A stretch of 36,647 nt of DNA from Saprospiraceae bacterium (lineage in GTDB: Bacteria > Bacteroidota > Bacteroidia > Chitinophagales > Saprospiraceae). A program made the position numbers and the translations under genes. This document shows, one piece after another, positions 26,617-34,529 of the stretch (its first letter is position 1; each line of letters opens with the position of its first letter). The notes under the pieces are model-generated. The model saw nothing but the letters and a program-made list of their open reading frames with translations, did not search any database and had not been told where the DNA came from. The DNA is taken from contig JAGQWW010000001.1 of the NCBI GenBank assembly GCA_020436955.1, positions 1-36,647 on the forward strand. Direction: 5' to 3'.

Positions 26617-26665
26617 CAAAAATAAGTTTATTTTATCTAAAAAGGATTAAAAAATCTTTTTTAGA
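26617..26665 (-). promoter_or_regulatory. Candidate Rrf2-operon promoter (-7 box) with an upstream 30-bp near-perfect palindrome (candidate operator)
   Basis: On the minus strand, TATTTTTG (plus coordinates 26617-26624) is an exact TAnnTTTG match, with its end 18 nt before ATG 26598. The palindrome is TCTAAAAAGGATT-AAAA-AATCTTTTTTAGA at 26636-26665, with 13-bp arms and one mismatch. Confidence 0.4.
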
Positions 26666-26745
26666 AAATCATGAAGATTAATTTACTAAGAAAAATACGC
26701 ATAAGATTGTCTTAATTCGCTGTTTTTCAATGCGCTTTCACCTAT

Positions 26746-26782
26746 TTGATGCTTATCATTATGCTTGGATGATTTTTATCAA
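26746..26782 (+). promoter_or_regulatory. Two FNR/CRP-type boxes upstream of nosZ
   Basis: Box 1 is TTGAT-GCTT-ATCAT (26746-26759). Box 2 is ATGAT-TTTT-ATCAA (26769-26782). Each matches TTGAT-N4-ATCAA at 9 of 10 positions. Box 2 is centred about 33 nt upstream of a TTTG-containing -7-like element, AACCTTTG (26805-26812). Confidence 0.4.
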
Positions 26783-26860
26783 CTTTTTTATAAAGGACAT
26801 TTTTAACCTTTGTAAACCAGTTTTTTGAAATCAATATTTTACAAACAAAATAACCTTATC

Positions 26861-28843
26861 ATGAAAAGTAAAAGATCCTATTTAATCATTTTGGGTCTTG
26901 CGATCACAATTATCGCTATCCTTGGGTATGGTTGCGAAAATAAAGCTTCAACTTCAAAATCAGGAGGGGCTTTATCAAGCGATGTAGCTTCCCAGGTTTA
27001 TGTCCCTCCAGGAGAATATGATGAATTTTACGGTTTTATGTCCGGAGGATTCAGCGGCCAGATAGGTGTATACGGAATCCCTTCAGGTCGCCTTTTAAAA
27101 GTAATACCTGTTTTTTCTGTTGATCCGGAAAAAGGATATGGCTTTAACGAGGAAACAAAACCCTTACTAAACACATCTCATGGTTTCGTACCCTGGGATG
27201 ATGCACACCACCCTGAACTTTCCCAGACCAATGGTAAAACAAACGGAAAGTGGATTTTTATAAATGGAAATAATACCCCACGTATTGCAAGAATTGATCT
27301 TTCGACTTTTGAAACAACCGAGATTATTGAAATCCCTAATAGTGGGGGAAACCACTCTTCTCCATTTACTACCGAAAATACTGAATATGTGGTAGCAGGA
27401 ACAAGATTTGGTGTTCCTTACCCACAGAAAGATGTTGCCATCAATAGTTATGCTGAAAACTTTAAAGGTATGCTCACTTTTGTGAGTGTAAAGGAAGAAG
27501 GCGATATGGACATTGCTTTCCAGGTTTTGTTGCCAGCGTTTGATTACGATCTTGCTCATTCAGGAAAGGGCAACTCTCACGGATGGACATTTTTCACTAC
27601 TTATAATACTGAAGAGAAATCTACCTTATTAGAGGTTAATGCCTCGCAAAACGATAAAGACTTTATTGCTGCTGTTAACTGGAAAAAGGCTGAAGAATAT
27701 ATTAAACAAGGCAAATTCAAGGAAATCCCGGCAGAGTATGCACATAATGTTTACGACGAAAAATCACATGTAGCTACTTCAACACTTAAAAAGAGTGTAA
27801 AAGTTCTAACTCCAGAAGATTGTCCAGGGCTTGTGTATTTTCTTCCAACGCCAAAATCTCCACATGGGGTTGACGTAGATCCGACAGGGGAATATATAAT
27901 CGGAAACGGGAAGTTATCAGCGGACTTAACTGTTCACTCTTTTTCAAAAATGATTAAAGCGATTGAAAACCAATCTTTTGAAACTACAATCGAAGGTATT
28001 CCAGTCCTAAAGTTTGAAGAAGTAGTTGCGGGTGTAGTAAAGGATGCCGGCTTAGGCCCTTTGCACACTGAGTTTGACGGAAAAGGAAATGCATATACCT
28101 CCTTCTTCATCAGCTCTGATGTAGTAAAATGGAAATTAGGTACCTGGGAAGTTGTTGATAAAGCTAAAACATTTTATTCTGTCGGTCACATCATGATTCC
28201 GGGTGGCGATTCAAAAGAACCACAAGGAAAGTATCTGGTAGCATTGAATAAAATCACAAAAGATAGGTATTTGCCTACTGGGCCAGAACTTTGCCATTCT
28301 GCACAATTATATGACATCTCAGGTGATAAAATGAAGCTTTTATTGGATTTCCCAACAATTGGAGAACCTCACTACGCACAAGGTATTTCTGCTGATAGAA
28401 TTGTTCCCAATGTTAAAAAGTTTTACCCAATTGAGGAAAACACTCACCAATATCGGGCAATGGGTGAAAAGGATGCCAGAGTAGAACGTGAGGGTAATAT
28501 TGTCCATGTATATATGACAACTATCCGCAGTCACTTTGCACCGGATAACATTGAAGGAATTAAAGTTGGAGATAAAGTTTATTTCCATGTCACCAACCTT
28601 GAACAGGATTGGGATGTACCACACGGATTCTCTGTGATGGGTGCTAACAATGCAGAACTATTAATCATGGGAGGTCAAACTGAAACACTTATTTGGGAAC
28701 CAAAAAAAGAAGGCGTTTTCCCATTCTATTGTACTGACTTCTGTTCTGCCTTACACCAGGAAATGCAAGGATATATAAGGGTTTCACCACGTAATTCTAA
28801 CATCGCATTGAGTTGGCGATTAGGTGAGGATGAAGAAATTTAA
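26861..28843 (+). CDS. nosZ: Nitrous oxide reductase, Sec-type (clade II-like)
   Basis: 660 aa from ATG 26861. The signal peptide MKSKRSYLIILGLAITIIAILGYGC has no twin-arginine motif. CuZ-region His motifs include WDDAHHPELS. The C-terminal CuA motif is C-x3-C-x3-H-x2-M (CTDFCSALHQEM). There is no C-terminal cytochrome c extension. Confidence 0.95.
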   Translation: MKSKRSYLIILGLAITIIAILGYGCENKASTSKSGGALSSDVASQVYVPPGEYDEFYGFMSGGFSGQIGVYGIPSGRLLKVIPVFSVDPEKGYGFNEETKPLLNTSHGFVPWDDAHHPELSQTNGKTNGKWIFINGNNTPRIARIDLSTFETTEIIEIPNSGGNHSSPFTTENTEYVVAGTRFGVPYPQKDVAINSYAENFKGMLTFVSVKEEGDMDIAFQVLLPAFDYDLAHSGKGNSHGWTFFTTYNTEEKSTLLEVNASQNDKDFIAAVNWKKAEEYIKQGKFKEIPAEYAHNVYDEKSHVATSTLKKSVKVLTPEDCPGLVYFLPTPKSPHGVDVDPTGEYIIGNGKLSADLTVHSFSKMIKAIENQSFETTIEGIPVLKFEEVVAGVVKDAGLGPLHTEFDGKGNAYTSFFISSDVVKWKLGTWEVVDKAKTFYSVGHIMIPGGDSKEPQGKYLVALNKITKDRYLPTGPELCHSAQLYDISGDKMKLLLDFPTIGEPHYAQGISADRIVPNVKKFYPIEENTHQYRAMGEKDARVEREGNIVHVYMTTIRSHFAPDNIEGIKVGDKVYFHVTNLEQDWDVPHGFSVMGANNAELLIMGGQTETLIWEPKKEGVFPFYCTDFCSALHQEMQGYIRVSPRNSNIALSWRLGEDEEI

Positions 28844-28856
28844 TATTTAATTGACT

Positions 28857-28886
28857 AGATGCCGGCTATTTGTGGGGCCGGCATCT
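28857..28886 (+). other. GC-rich stem-loop immediately after nosZ (intra-operon attenuator or mRNA stabiliser)
   Basis: Perfect 10-bp stem AGATGCCGGC / GCCGGCATCT with a 10-nt loop, starting 14 nt after the nosZ stop. Only TTT follows, so it is not a canonical terminator. Confidence 0.5.
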
Positions 28887-28903
28887 TTCAAAATCCAACC
28901 AAA

Positions 28904-29170
28904 ATGATTAGTCCGGAAAAACCAGTGATTGAAAGAATTTTAAATGGAAAGAACTTTAATGCTTCAAAAATCAGCATGCAAAAGGGTAGTGAAATAAAAA
29001 AGCATTATTCAGCTACTGAAGCTCTTCTTGTAATTTTGAACGGGTCAGTTGAGTTTCACTATCCAGAAGCTACCATTTCTCTTATAGCTCCTATTTCATT
29101 TTCTATTACACCGGAAAAAGAACATTGGCTTGTTGCCCTTGAAGATTCGACCTTAATACTTGTCAAATAA
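28904..29170 (+). CDS. Small cupin-like protein (88 aa) between nosZ and the nosB-like gene
   Basis: The segment G-SEIKK-H-Y-S-ATE-ALLVILNG-SVEF resembles a degenerate cupin motif 1, with HxS in place of HxH. A second beta-rich segment ends EKEHWLVALEDSTLILV. The start is set at ATG 28904 because the track start at 28859 lies inside the hairpin. Confidence 0.45.
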   Translation: MISPEKPVIERILNGKNFNASKISMQKGSEIKKHYSATEALLVILNGSVEFHYPEATISLIAPISFSITPEKEHWLVALEDSTLILVK

Positions 29171-29195
29171 CTCAAATAGAGGAAAAACTCAACAA

Positions 29196-29765
29196 ATGAA
29201 ACATGTACCAAGAATCTTGATGGCTGTCGGAGTTGCTGCACTTTTAGGGTTATTTATTTTCCCTATGTGGCAGATTACGCTCATCGCTCCACAATATCCT
29301 GATGGTGTTACTATGTATGTTTACATAAATAAACTAGGCGGAGAAAATCCTTCAGTGATTCAAAATATAAATATCCTGAACCACTATGTAGGAATGAAAT
29401 ACATCGAACCAGATGCCATCCCTGAATTAAAATACTTTCCCTTCATAATCCTTGCAATGGCCGCACTTGGTTTAGCAACTATCCTAATCAACAAACCTTA
29501 TGCATTTTGGATTTGGGCAGGATTAATGGTTGTTCTAGCGATCGCAGGGATGTATGACTTTTATTTATGGGAATACGATTATGGGCACAATTTAAGCCCA
29601 AAAGCACCAATAAAAATACCAGGCGCTTCCTTTCAACCTCCATTGATAGGGACAAAGGAGATTATCAATTTTACAGCCACTTCTTTACCTCACCTGGGTG
29701 GATACCTTGCCGGATCATCTATCCTTCTGGCCATTACTGCAGGTTGGATAAAAAGAAAATTTTAA
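29196..29765 (+). CDS. nosB: NosB-like integral membrane protein of clade II nos clusters
   Basis: 189 aa from ATG 29196, about 4 TM helices, with a periplasmic loop PQYPDGVTMYVYINKLGGENPSVIQNINILNHYVGMKYIEPD. Its position between nosZ and nosL matches the nosB slot described for atypical nos clusters. I could not verify homology. Confidence 0.55.
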   Translation: MKHVPRILMAVGVAALLGLFIFPMWQITLIAPQYPDGVTMYVYINKLGGENPSVIQNINILNHYVGMKYIEPDAIPELKYFPFIILAMAALGLATILINKPYAFWIWAGLMVVLAIAGMYDFYLWEYDYGHNLSPKAPIKIPGASFQPPLIGTKEIINFTATSLPHLGGYLAGSSILLAITAGWIKRKF

Positions 29766-29769
29766 TGCC

Positions 29770-30213
29770 ATGAAACCTTCATTCTATTTTATGATTTTCC
29801 TTTTTCTTTCAGCCTGTTCAATCAGTCCTAAGGAAATAAATTATGGTTCGGACCTATGTGATTATTGCAAAATGACAATAGTCGATAAACAACACAGTGC
29901 TCAATTGGTAACAAAAAAAGGAAAGGCCTATTTATTCGACGCAATCGAGTGTATGCTTCCTTTTAAAAAAGAAAACCCTGAAAAAGTAGCAGCATTATTA
30001 TTAGTAGCCGATTACCAGCAACCAGGTCAATTAATAGAGGCAGAACAGGCCAATTACTTAATAAGTCCTTCTATCCCAAGCCCAATGGGAGCATACTTAT
30101 CAGCTTTTACATCTGACAAAGCCATTAAAGCAATACAAGCGGAAAAAGGCGGAAAAATATTTTCTTATAAGGACCTTGAAAATCAATTTTTGAAGAACGA
30201 CATAAACAGATAA
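29770..30213 (+). CDS. nosL: NosL copper-chaperone lipoprotein
   Basis: Lipoprotein signal FLFLSAC-SIS. NosL family motif CDYCKMTIVDKQHSAQLVTKKGKAYLFDAIECM ... SPMG. Confidence 0.88.
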   Translation: MKPSFYFMIFLFLSACSISPKEINYGSDLCDYCKMTIVDKQHSAQLVTKKGKAYLFDAIECMLPFKKENPEKVAALLLVADYQQPGQLIEAEQANYLISPSIPSPMGAYLSAFTSDKAIKAIQAEKGGKIFSYKDLENQFLKNDINR

Positions 30214-30288
30214 CGGTCCAAAATTCATTTTTATGAGTCTCTGGCCTAGCGGGAATTACCATCATTTTTAGATCTAAAATCCATTATC

Positions 30289-30831
30289 ATGAAAAAATCA
30301 ATCCTATTAGTTGCTACAGTCCTAATTTTCATGGCTTGCACTGAACCTGAAACCAACCCCGTACCAGAAAATACTATCGAAAATAAAGACCTGAAAGGAC
30401 AATCGTCAGTAAGTGATGACTCTTCAGAGAAAAATGTGCTCCAGGTAGCTTTGGGATCAAAGGATCATACCACACTGGTAGCAGCGGTGCAAGCAGCTGG
30501 CCTGGAGGATGTACTGGTAAATGCTGGCCCACTCACTGTATTTGCTCCAACCAATGCAGCATTTGATGCTTTGCCAGCAGGCACAGTTGAAGACCTTTTA
30601 AAACCAGAAAACAAATCAAAGCTGGCTAAAATCATCAAGTTTCATGCTTCACCTGGAAACTATCAGGGCGATTTACTAAAAGATGGTCAACGATTGTATC
30701 AGGCAAGTGGTGATTATGTTCAGGTAAGTAAAGAGAACAATGAAATTTTAGTTCATGGAGCCAAAATCATTGCAACTGTCCAAGCATCAAACGGAGTTGT
30801 TCATGTGGTTGATAAGGTTATGCTGCCATAG
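30289..30831 (+). CDS. Fasciclin (FAS1) domain lipoprotein
   Basis: Lipoprotein signal VLIFMAC-TEP. FAS1 motifs are TLVAAVQAAGLEDVL, LTVFAPTNAAFDALPAGTVEDLL and NGVVHVVDKVMLP. Confidence 0.85.
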   Translation: MKKSILLVATVLIFMACTEPETNPVPENTIENKDLKGQSSVSDDSSEKNVLQVALGSKDHTTLVAAVQAAGLEDVLVNAGPLTVFAPTNAAFDALPAGTVEDLLKPENKSKLAKIIKFHASPGNYQGDLLKDGQRLYQASGDYVQVSKENNEILVHGAKIIATVQASNGVVHVVDKVMLP

Positions 30832-30875
30832 TTGATTTTGGATTAATGGCCCTTTAATAATTAGAAAAGACTCAG

Positions 30876-32123
30876 ATGAAATATATAACAACATTGATTT
30901 TTACACTCCTTTTAGTGGTTAGTTCAAATGAGACTTCTTTTGCCGGCACCATTGTGGTTTGTAAGGATTGTGCTATAAAAAAAATTAGCACAGCTGTAGA
31001 AAAAGCTATTGCCGGGGATTTAATTTTAATTAAGAAGGGCCATTATTTTGAAACAAATATTTTGATAGACAAACCCTTGACACTTCAGGGAGAAAATTGG
31101 CCAATTTTAGATGGCAATGAGGACGAAGAGATCTTGGTAATTGTTGCCGATAATGTAACAATAAGGGGATTGCAGATTCAAAACGTCGGCACCAGTTATT
31201 TAAAGGACAGGGCCGGGATTCGTCTCCGAAAGGCAAAGAATTTTTCAATAACAAACAATCGGTTATACAACACTTTTTTTGGCATTTATCTGGAACACGT
31301 GAAAAATGGGATCATTGAAAATAATGAGGTAATTGGTAAAGCAGTTGAAGAAAGTAGTTCAGGAAATGCCATTCATTTATGGTATTGCAAAAACATTGAA
31401 GTTAAAGGGAATACAGTAAAAAACCACCGTGATGGTATTTATTTAGAATTTGTTGACAGTAGCACTATACAAAGAAATTTTAGCGAGGGTAATCTTCGGT
31501 ATGGACTTCATTTCATGTTCTCAAATTTTGACAATTATTCTGAAAACACTTTCAAAGACAATGGTGCAGGAGTTGCTGTGATGTTCTCTAAGAAAATAGA
31601 TATGTGGGAGAATGATTTTGTACACAATTGGGGCAAAGCATCATTCGGTTTATTATTAAAGGAAATCTACGACGCGGAAATTCGACATAATAATTTCAGT
31701 TTCAATACGGTAGGTATTTTTGTTGAAGGTTCTACCCGGGTTAATTATCATCACAACAATTTTAAACAAAACGGATGGGCCATTAAGATTTCAGGCGGAT
31801 GTTTGGACAATACAATTGAAACGAATAATTTTTTATCCAACACCTTTGATATATCATTAAGTAGCAGCACCAACAACAATACATTTAACGGGAATTACTG
31901 GAGTTCCTACTCTGGTTATGACCTAAATAGAGACGGAAGGGGAGATGTTCCTTACCGTCCTGTCAAGTTGTTCAACTATGTAGTGAATGAGACCCCTGAG
32001 GCAATGGTATTACTAAGAAGCCTCTTTGTCGATATCATCAACTTTTCTGAAAAAGTAAGCCCAATTTTCACACCTGAGAAGGTGATAGATGAGCGTCCAA
32101 ACATGAAAAAATTTGACTTTTAA
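30876..32123 (+). CDS. nosD: NosD periplasmic right-handed beta-helix protein (Cu-S centre maturation)
   Basis: Signal peptide present. It has repeated parallel beta-helix segments (ITNNRLYNTFFGIYL, NNEVIG ... GNAIHLW, GNTVKNHRDGIYLE, NGAGVAVMF, HNNFKQNGWAIKI). It is followed by the nosF and nosY genes. Confidence 0.9.
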   Translation: MKYITTLIFTLLLVVSSNETSFAGTIVVCKDCAIKKISTAVEKAIAGDLILIKKGHYFETNILIDKPLTLQGENWPILDGNEDEEILVIVADNVTIRGLQIQNVGTSYLKDRAGIRLRKAKNFSITNNRLYNTFFGIYLEHVKNGIIENNEVIGKAVEESSSGNAIHLWYCKNIEVKGNTVKNHRDGIYLEFVDSSTIQRNFSEGNLRYGLHFMFSNFDNYSENTFKDNGAGVAVMFSKKIDMWENDFVHNWGKASFGLLLKEIYDAEIRHNNFSFNTVGIFVEGSTRVNYHHNNFKQNGWAIKISGGCLDNTIETNNFLSNTFDISLSSSTNNNTFNGNYWSSYSGYDLNRDGRGDVPYRPVKLFNYVVNETPEAMVLLRSLFVDIINFSEKVSPIFTPEKVIDERPNMKKFDF

Positions 32124-32134
32124 ATTCAAACCAA

Positions 32135-32905
32135 ATGAATCTCGAAATAAAAAAACTGAGCAAAAGTTTTGGCAAATTAAAAGTCCTAAATGAGATAGAC
32201 CTTTCAATAAGACAGGCAGGGACTTATGCAGTTTTGGGTCCAAATGGCTCTGGAAAAACCACACTAATGAAGTCAATTCTGGGAATGGTATTACCCGAAT
32301 TTGGCTCCATCGCCATAAATGGTCAATCAATTAAAGGTGCACATGCATATAGAGATAAAATAGATTATTTACCGCAGATTGCAAGGTTTCCTGAAAATCT
32401 AAAGGTGAATGAATTATTTACACTCATAAAGGAATTAAGGACAGGTGAAACAAGAGATGAAGCACTAATTAAACGGTTTGAAATTGAACCTTTTTTGGAC
32501 AAAAAATTGGGAAATCTTTCTGGTGGTACCCGCCAAAAAGTAAATCTTATCCAGGCTTTCATGTTTGATAACCCTTTAGTAGTTCTGGATGAGCCAACTA
32601 CGGGATTAGACCCTCTTTCACTGGTAAAACTTAAAGAACTGATCCGGGAAGAACAGGCAAAAGACAAAACCATCATTATAACTTCTCACATTATGGATTT
32701 TGTGGAGGAAATGGCGGACCAGATTATTTTTCTCATGGAGGGTAAAATTTATTTCAACGGTAGCCTGCATGAATTAAATGACAAATTTAAAACCAGTAAG
32801 CTTGAACAGACTATCGCAAAAATTCTCAAGGAACAAAAGGAGCAGGGACGTCAGGATGGCGATGAAGCTTATTTAACCCCACTAAAAGAATTAAGCCATG
32901 TTTAA
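32135..32905 (+). CDS. nosF: NosF ABC transporter ATP-binding protein
   Basis: Walker A GPNGSGKTT, signature LSGGTRQKV, Walker B VVLDEPTTGLD. It sits between nosD and nosY and overlaps nosY by 8 nt. Confidence 0.88.
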   Translation: MNLEIKKLSKSFGKLKVLNEIDLSIRQAGTYAVLGPNGSGKTTLMKSILGMVLPEFGSIAINGQSIKGAHAYRDKIDYLPQIARFPENLKVNELFTLIKELRTGETRDEALIKRFEIEPFLDKKLGNLSGGTRQKVNLIQAFMFDNPLVVLDEPTTGLDPLSLVKLKELIREEQAKDKTIIITSHIMDFVEEMADQIIFLMEGKIYFNGSLHELNDKFKTSKLEQTIAKILKEQKEQGRQDGDEAYLTPLKELSHV

Positions 32906-33680
32906 AATATTGAAATATAGCTTCGCAGATTTAAGTCGAAGTCGTTGGACTTATGTTTACACTGGGTTCTATGCTTTGTTGACGATGTCACTTTTCCTTT
33001 TAAGTAGTGACCTCTCAAAGGTCATCATTAGTCTAATGAATGTAGTCTTGGTGCTTGTCCCCTTGATAGCCGTGATCTTTGGTGTAATGTATTATTATAA
33101 CTCCAGGGAATTTACAGAACTGCTCTTAGCACAACCTATTAAAAGAACTGATATCTTCCTGGGTCAATTTTTAGGTGTGGCCGGATCTTTGGCAGGAAGT
33201 CTATTAATCGGAGTAGGGGTTCCCTTTCTTTTTTATGGAATTTTAGGTTCGGCTGAAATTGGCAATTATCTGATTTTATTATTGACCGGCGTTTGCCTAA
33301 GTATAATTTTTTCTGGATTGGCTTTTTTTATTGCTTTAAAGAACGAAAACAGAATTAAAGGCTTTGGACTTGCAATTTTGCTTTGGTTAGGATTTGCAGT
33401 AATTTATGACGGATTATTATTATTGCTTTTAGCTGTCTTTTCTGATTATCCTTTAGAAAAAGTTGCTCTTGGCGCATCTTTACTCAACCCTATAGATTTA
33501 TCCAGAATATTAATCTTGTTGAAATTGGATATTTCAGCACTTATGGGGTTTACCGGTGCTGTATTTGAAAAATTTCTGGGGAGCAACTTGGGAATGGTTT
33601 TAGCAATCCTAAGTTTAATGGTTTGGGTAGGAATTCCAGTATTAGGGATAAAATTTACTTCTCAAAGGAAAGACTTTTGA
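32898..33680 (+). CDS. nosY: NosY ABC-2 type permease
   Basis: 260 aa with 6 predicted TM helices. It is translationally coupled to nosF and is the last gene of the cluster. Confidence 0.85.
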   Translation: MFKILKYSFADLSRSRWTYVYTGFYALLTMSLFLLSSDLSKVIISLMNVVLVLVPLIAVIFGVMYYYNSREFTELLLAQPIKRTDIFLGQFLGVAGSLAGSLLIGVGVPFLFYGILGSAEIGNYLILLLTGVCLSIIFSGLAFFIALKNENRIKGFGLAILLWLGFAVIYDGLLLLLLAVFSDYPLEKVALGASLLNPIDLSRILILLKLDISALMGFTGAVFEKFLGSNLGMVLAILSLMVWVGIPVLGIKFTSQRKDF

Positions 33681-33683
33681 GCC

Positions 33684-34328
33684 CTATTCCTTTTTCTTAA
33701 ACTTTCCTGATTTCCAGGCATCAAAGAATTGTTTCCAGGCCAACGGATTGAAAATATTCATTGGAGGAGTCTGTCCGATATGGTAGTAGGACCTGGCTTG
33801 TTGTCTCAAATAATAATCCGCCTGTTCATTTCCGTCAAGTACTACCTCAGAGCGCATTCTTTCCAGCGTCTCGTTTGCAAGATTTTTCAGGGCTCTTTGT
33901 TGCATCTCGCTTGTAACATCCATAGCCAGGAATTCCAATTTAAAATGCTCTCGACTTGGCCAGGGAAATACAACTGTCTCAGGAAGATTAATGGTATCCT
34001 GAGTCATCAATTGAACCATGGAATAACGATTGTCCTTTAGCGTATCCGGGATAATAAATTGGACCGGAGCGTATCCAATTGCTGTAAATTCTATCAAATC
34101 GCCTTTTTCTACAACGATAGAAAAGAAACCATTGAAGTCAGAATAGGTACCCCTGTTTTTTTCTTTCACTGAGATATTTACATACGGTACCGGAAGTAAT
34201 TCAGAGGTTGAACCATCCAGCACGATACCTGAGAACTGCACCAATTTATCACTTTTCACCTGGGCGGTAGTCCATTGGCTCACCAACATTAAAACAGGTA
34301 AAATCCACCATATTTTCTTCAAGGTCAT
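33684..34328 (-). CDS. Carboxypeptidase-regulatory-like (CarboxypepD_reg) domain protein
   Basis: Signal peptide present. FSGIVLDGSTSELLPVPYVNISVKEKNRGTYSDFNGFFSIVVEKGDLIEFTAIGYAP is the typical transthyretin-like fold pattern. Confidence 0.6.
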   Translation of the reverse strand: MTLKKIWWILPVLMLVSQWTTAQVKSDKLVQFSGIVLDGSTSELLPVPYVNISVKEKNRGTYSDFNGFFSIVVEKGDLIEFTAIGYAPVQFIIPDTLKDNRYSMVQLMTQDTINLPETVVFPWPSREHFKLEFLAMDVTSEMQQRALKNLANETLERMRSEVVLDGNEQADYYLRQQARSYYHIGQTPPMNIFNPLAWKQFFDAWKSGKFKKKE

Positions 34329-34403
34329 AATTTCTCTTTTTACAATAGACTAACACAAAAGCCAAGAAGTTTGTTTCGCCCCCAAAATTCACAAAATTTA
34401 GGT

Positions 34404-34428
34404 AATAACCTTGCGATTAAAGGTTATT
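34404..34428. promoter_or_regulatory. 9-7-9 perfect inverted repeat in a divergent intergenic region
   Basis: AATAACCTT-GCGATTA-AAGGTTATT. A third, direct copy of ATAACCTT lies about 25 nt downstream. Confidence 0.25.
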
Positions 34429-34529
34429 TGTTTGGTAAAACGATAACCTTTCCCTCATTCTTATATTTTGAAACGAATGCAGAGAAATTACAAAATGGCA
34501 GGAAAACTTATCTTGGCACAAAAATTCAA

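Noticed and set aside
26861-26950. Twin-arginine (Tat) signal on NosZ
   Set aside because: I looked for an RR motif in the leader and found only KSKRSY followed by a hydrophobic stretch. This is consistent with Sec export, so the enzyme is treated as clade II-like rather than canonical Tat-dependent NosZ.
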